IMG/VR virus record: IMGVR_UViG_3300034170_000023
Coordinates: 19,208-83,207 of that record
Strand: one strand, 5' to 3'
DNA: 64,000 bases
From: a virus
The notes under the pieces were generated by a model. It saw only the letters and a program-made list of their open reading frames with translations, made no database searches and was not told where the DNA came from. Both the position numbers and the translations under genes were made by a program. Positions 60,706 through 64,000 of this stretch are shown piece by piece. Position 1 is the stretch's first letter. Each line of letters starts with the position of its first letter.

Positions 60706-60797
60706 TATGTAATGAGAGCGAAAAGGCTGGCCAGCCCTGATGATTGCCGATACAATCGCCTAGCTCTCACCTAATTTATGTCTTATCGGAGATTGAA

Positions 60798-61634
60798 ATG
60801 ATTAAAAACAGTATTAAAGATTATGCTGGTCAAACCAATAAGTTCCTGACAATTATTGAACGTCATGAACCAACTGAGATGGATACAGCAGACACAGCAC
60901 TTTGGAAAGCTAAATGTATTTGTGGTGTTGAGTGTGTCATTGCTCACAAGTCCTTCCGTAAGAGAACAACTTGTGGTTGTGGCATCAGAAGTACTAAATA
61001 CCAAGCTGGAAATAAGTATGGATTACTAACTATTGTAAGCGAAGGCCCTAAAGCAGAGTATGCCAACAAGCGTCAAGTCTGGTGTAAATGTGACTGCGGG
61101 AATGAAAATCTTACGCTAGTTTCCACAAATAATTTGGTTTCTGGCAACACTTCAAGTTGTGGATGTGTTGGTGAAGAAAGTCGAAAGACTCACGGCATGT
61201 CAAACACACGAACTTACCAGATTCATGAAGGAATGATTCGTCGTTGCAAACCCCATCTAGCAGATGACTTCCCATATCACGCGGGAAAAGGAATTAAGGT
61301 TTGTGAAGAATGGGAAGTATTTGAAAAGTTCTACGAAGACATGGGCGAATGTCCTGATGGACTAAGCCTCGACCGGATTGATGTGCATGGTAACTACTGC
61401 AAAGAAAATTGCCGATGGGCAACTAATAGTGTTCAAGGCTATAACAAAGGTTTAGATCCAAATAACACTTCTGGTAAGTCTGGCGTAAGTTGGTATACAC
61501 AGAGTGAGAAATGGTCTGCTGAAATCCATGTAGAAAACAGACATATCCGATTAGGTATGTTCTCTAACTTTGATGACGCAGTTAAAGCTCGCGAAGAAGC
61601 AGAACTTAAATACTACGGATGGAATAAACAATGA
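60798..61634 (+). mobile_element. HNH-AP2 homing endonuclease with Cys-rich N-terminal repeats
   Basis: C.C.CG repeats, THGMS, F..DMG, SLDRIDV.GNY..ENCRWA, NNTSG..GV AP2 domain; stop overlaps the TerL start (ATGA). Confidence 0.88.
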
Positions 61635-63372
61635 GTAATAAAGAGAAGGAGGTCCGCATTGGGCCTTCGTCCACTTTCCAAGCAAAATACCTCAACTCAG
61701 ATGCTCAGATCATGCTGGTTGGTGGAGCGGCTTAACCTAGATCGGGTCGCTATAAACTCCTCTAATTCAGGGAACGCTAAGGGAGAAATCCTATGCCAAT
61801 CCTGAGCGAAGCCCTTAAAAGGGAACGTGCAGAGACTAGTCGAAAGACGTAGGATGCAAGCGCATTCGAAACGGGGGGCAACTTTGTAAGTTGAAGATAT
61901 AGTCCAGTTACACTAGAAATAGTGGAAAAGAAGTAGCGTTCTTATAATTATCGGGATCATCAAAAAGTTACGTCGGGTTGATGAGGCATCTACGCTTCGT
62001 CCACGACAGCAACTATAAAGCATACTGCATTCGTAAAAACTCCAGTGCCATTATGGCTTCTGGTGGTTTGTTCTGGGAAGCTGTGAAGTTATACACACAG
62101 TTTGAACCGAACATTAAAGTTAAACTTAAAGATCAAAAGATTGTTTTTCCTTCTGGCGCTGAAATTAGCTTCTCTCACTATGAGAATGACACAGCAGCTA
62201 AGAAGTATCAGGGTATTCAAATCTCAAATATTTTTTATGATGAGGTTACGCACGCCGATAACGAAGAACAACTATGGTGGTTATGGTCACGTCTTCGTTC
62301 TGATGCAGAAAACGTACACTCAATGTGGTGGTCATGTAACCCAGATAATGCTAGTTGGGTTCTTAAGTATGCAATGTGGTGGTTGTTCCCAGAAGGTCAC
62401 GAATTAGCTGGTCGTCCAGATCCAGAAAAGAATGGCAAGATTCGGTATCTTCTTCGGATTGCTGGTGAGCTGGTTTGGGGCGATACAAGAGAAGAATTGA
62501 TTGAGAAGTATGGTAATCATAAACTCTCTGTTGAACATGAAGACCAAGTAAAACCAATTAGTTTTCAAGGGTTATTTGGCACCATTGATGACAATCCCGA
62601 TTTGCGGCGATCTAACCCACTCTACAAATCAAATCTTCAGGCGCTCCCAAAACTAGACCGAGAAAGATTACTTTTTGGGAACTGGTTTGCAAGGCCAGAT
62701 GGCAGTTCGTATTACGATAGAACAAGTTGTAAAGAACTTACTAGCATTCCAAGTGAAAGAGATTTCACAAAGATAGTTAGGGTTTTCGACGTAGCGGGCA
62801 CAATTCCACATGACGGTAACAGATCGCCAGATTACTTTGCAAGCGTCAAGATGGGCAAGTTAGTATCTGGAAATTATGTCATCCTAGATATAGTCCGTAC
62901 ACGGATTACCTTTGGTAGTTGGTTGGAACATATCTTAGGTCTTGCAAGAGAAGATGGCCCTAATGTGGATATCGTTCTTGGTGAAGATCCTAACCCAGCA
63001 GCCAAGGCAGCGATCAACTTGCTTGCAAGAGAGATTATTGAAGCGGGCTTTGTTTGTAAAACCAAACGTGCATCTGCTGGTAAACTTGATTCTTTCAGAC
63101 CCTTCGCAGCAGCAGCAGAATTAGGTGCTGTAGATATTGTTAAGAACTGTGGGAATGACTTATGGAATAAGATTGTTAGTAATAATGACTTCTTCTATAA
63201 AGAGTTGGAAAACTTTGATGGTACTCGAAAGGGTGGCGAACTAGGCCATGATGATATGGTCGACTGTTGTTCTCTAGCATTTATGTACCTAGCCCAGAAA
63301 GTTCACATCGGAAACTTCCTCCCCGGCATCCAATCAATTGACCTCTCACAAAAGAACGCATTCAAATTCTAA
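61631..63372 (+). CDS. terL: Terminase large subunit, spliced: join(61631..61732,61954..63372)
   Basis: Splicing restores Walker A GGAA|GSSKS; Walker B FYDE, CNP, RLL.GNW, nuclease FDVA, HDDMVD. Confidence 0.92.
61733..61953 (+). mobile_element. ORF-less group I intron (IA2-like), 221 nt
   Basis: P1 AGCGGCU/GGUCGCU with U-G at the 5' splice site; R GCAGAGACUA (61829); S AAGAUAUAGUCC (61894-905); P7.1, P7.2, P8, P9; terminal G. Confidence 0.93.
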
Positions 63373-63437
63373 TGTTAATAAGTGTAACTAAACACTTTAC
63401 TTAGAAATCACCCAAACATAAATAAAGGGAGGTACTA

Positions 63438-64000
63438 GTGACCGATGCCTATTTAGATGCAGGAAACGTCCTAGCTAATAGCGTGGATGGCACTGCCTCT
63501 TTCGCTGTAGAAATGCCCCCTTTATCAATGGGTCAGATTAGCTCGAATGGCTTAATCACTCTCGGTGGAGAAATTTTTGAGCAACATCAATGGGAAATTC
63601 GTTGGCCTTATGCCACTGAAACCTATAAGAAGATGGCTCTTGATGAGACTATTGCTCCAGCTCTTAACTTAGTTGAAATGGCTATCTCTCGTGTACCTTG
63701 GACTGTTGTAAACCCTGAAGGGTATGAAGATGAGTTGAAGGAAGAGAAACAGTTTGCATTAGAACTTATGCATGACATGGAACACACTTGGGGTAGTTTT
63801 ATTCGCCAAGCTGTGACAATGAATCGTTATGGCTTTTCATGTCATGAAAAGGTGCTAAGAAAGCGTACCAAGAAGAATGGCAGTAAATATTCTGATGGTA
63901 AGATTGGTATTAGATGCCTTCCTATTATCACCCAAGATAGTATTGCTTCTTGGCAATGGGATCAAGAGACTGGCACTAAGATTACAGGGATGCTTCAGTG
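63438..64000 (+). CDS. Portal protein (partial, runs off the window)
   Basis: GGGAGG RBS; open frame with EIRWP...YKKM..D.TI, directly after TerL. Confidence 0.75.
   Translation, partial: MTDAYLDAGNVLANSVDGTASFAVEMPPLSMGQISSNGLITLGGEIFEQHQWEIRWPYATETYKKMALDETIAPALNLVEMAISRVPWTVVNPEGYEDELKEEKQFALELMHDMEHTWGSFIRQAVTMNRYGFSCHEKVLRKRTKKNGSKYSDGKIGIRCLPIITQDSIASWQWDQETGTKITGMLQ

Noticed and set aside
60713-60769. Hammerhead ribozyme (GAAA and CUGAUGA both present)
   Set aside because: Only one hairpin lies between GAAA and CUGAUGA, so the stem III-UH-stem I arrangement cannot form.
48-63124. Many short antisense or overlapping track ORFs (e.g. 1528-1965, 20092-20505, 29380-29826, 40893-41336)
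   Set aside because: Shadows of well-supported genes on the other strand or frame, without RBS or motifs.
61978-63372. Track ORF as the complete TerL
   Set aside because: It lacks Walker A and an RBS; it is the bulk of exon 2.
1-64000. Genome-wide TAG recoding suggested by two in-frame ambers
   Set aside because: TAG is a real stop for many genes (1551, 2174, 25457), long genes are intact under the standard code, and no suppressor tRNA was seen.
1-64000. CRISPR or guide-RNA-type arrays, integrase, IS transposase, reverse transcriptase
   Set aside because: No regularly spaced repeat-spacer array and no recognisable motifs for these proteins.

Overview
A 64-kb segment of a lytic tailed dsDNA phage, probably a myovirus. 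A Pseudomonas-type host is inferred from the tail-fibre/chaperone pair and the sigma70/sigma54 motifs. Layout: (1) 1-4.4 kb (+): end of the tail module, an SGNH hydrolase and a SAR-endolysin/holin/spanin lysis cassette. (2) 4.5-23.7 kb (-): nucleotide metabolism and replication (class Ia RNR, ThyX, MazG-like, 5'-3' exonuclease, SSB, family-B DNA polymerase, T7-like primase-helicase, HNH endonucleases). (3) 23.8-37.8 kb (+): early region of small ORFs driven by many sigma70 promoters, bracketed by two convergent paralogous SF2-type helicases that share a downstream cis motif. (4) 37.8-38.6 kb: non-coding, with two tandem sigma54 consensus sites. (5) 38.6-53.7 kb (-): ligase, dCMP deaminase, ClpP-like, PhoH and a PRPS-like/NAMPT-like NAD+ reconstitution pair. 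(6) 54-64 kb (+): Rep-like protein, homing endonuclease, a ~660-nt highly structured non-coding region, fibre-like virion genes, small terminase, a sponge-like protein, a Dps-like protein, HNH-AP2, a large terminase split by an ORF-less group I intron inside Walker A, and the start of the portal. Best candidates for new biology: the large structured RNA with its array of anti-Shine-Dalgarno (CUCCU) hairpin loops (56.07-56.69 kb), and the helicase-plus-conserved-3'-motif unit present in two copies. All family assignments come from motif recognition by eye, not database searches.
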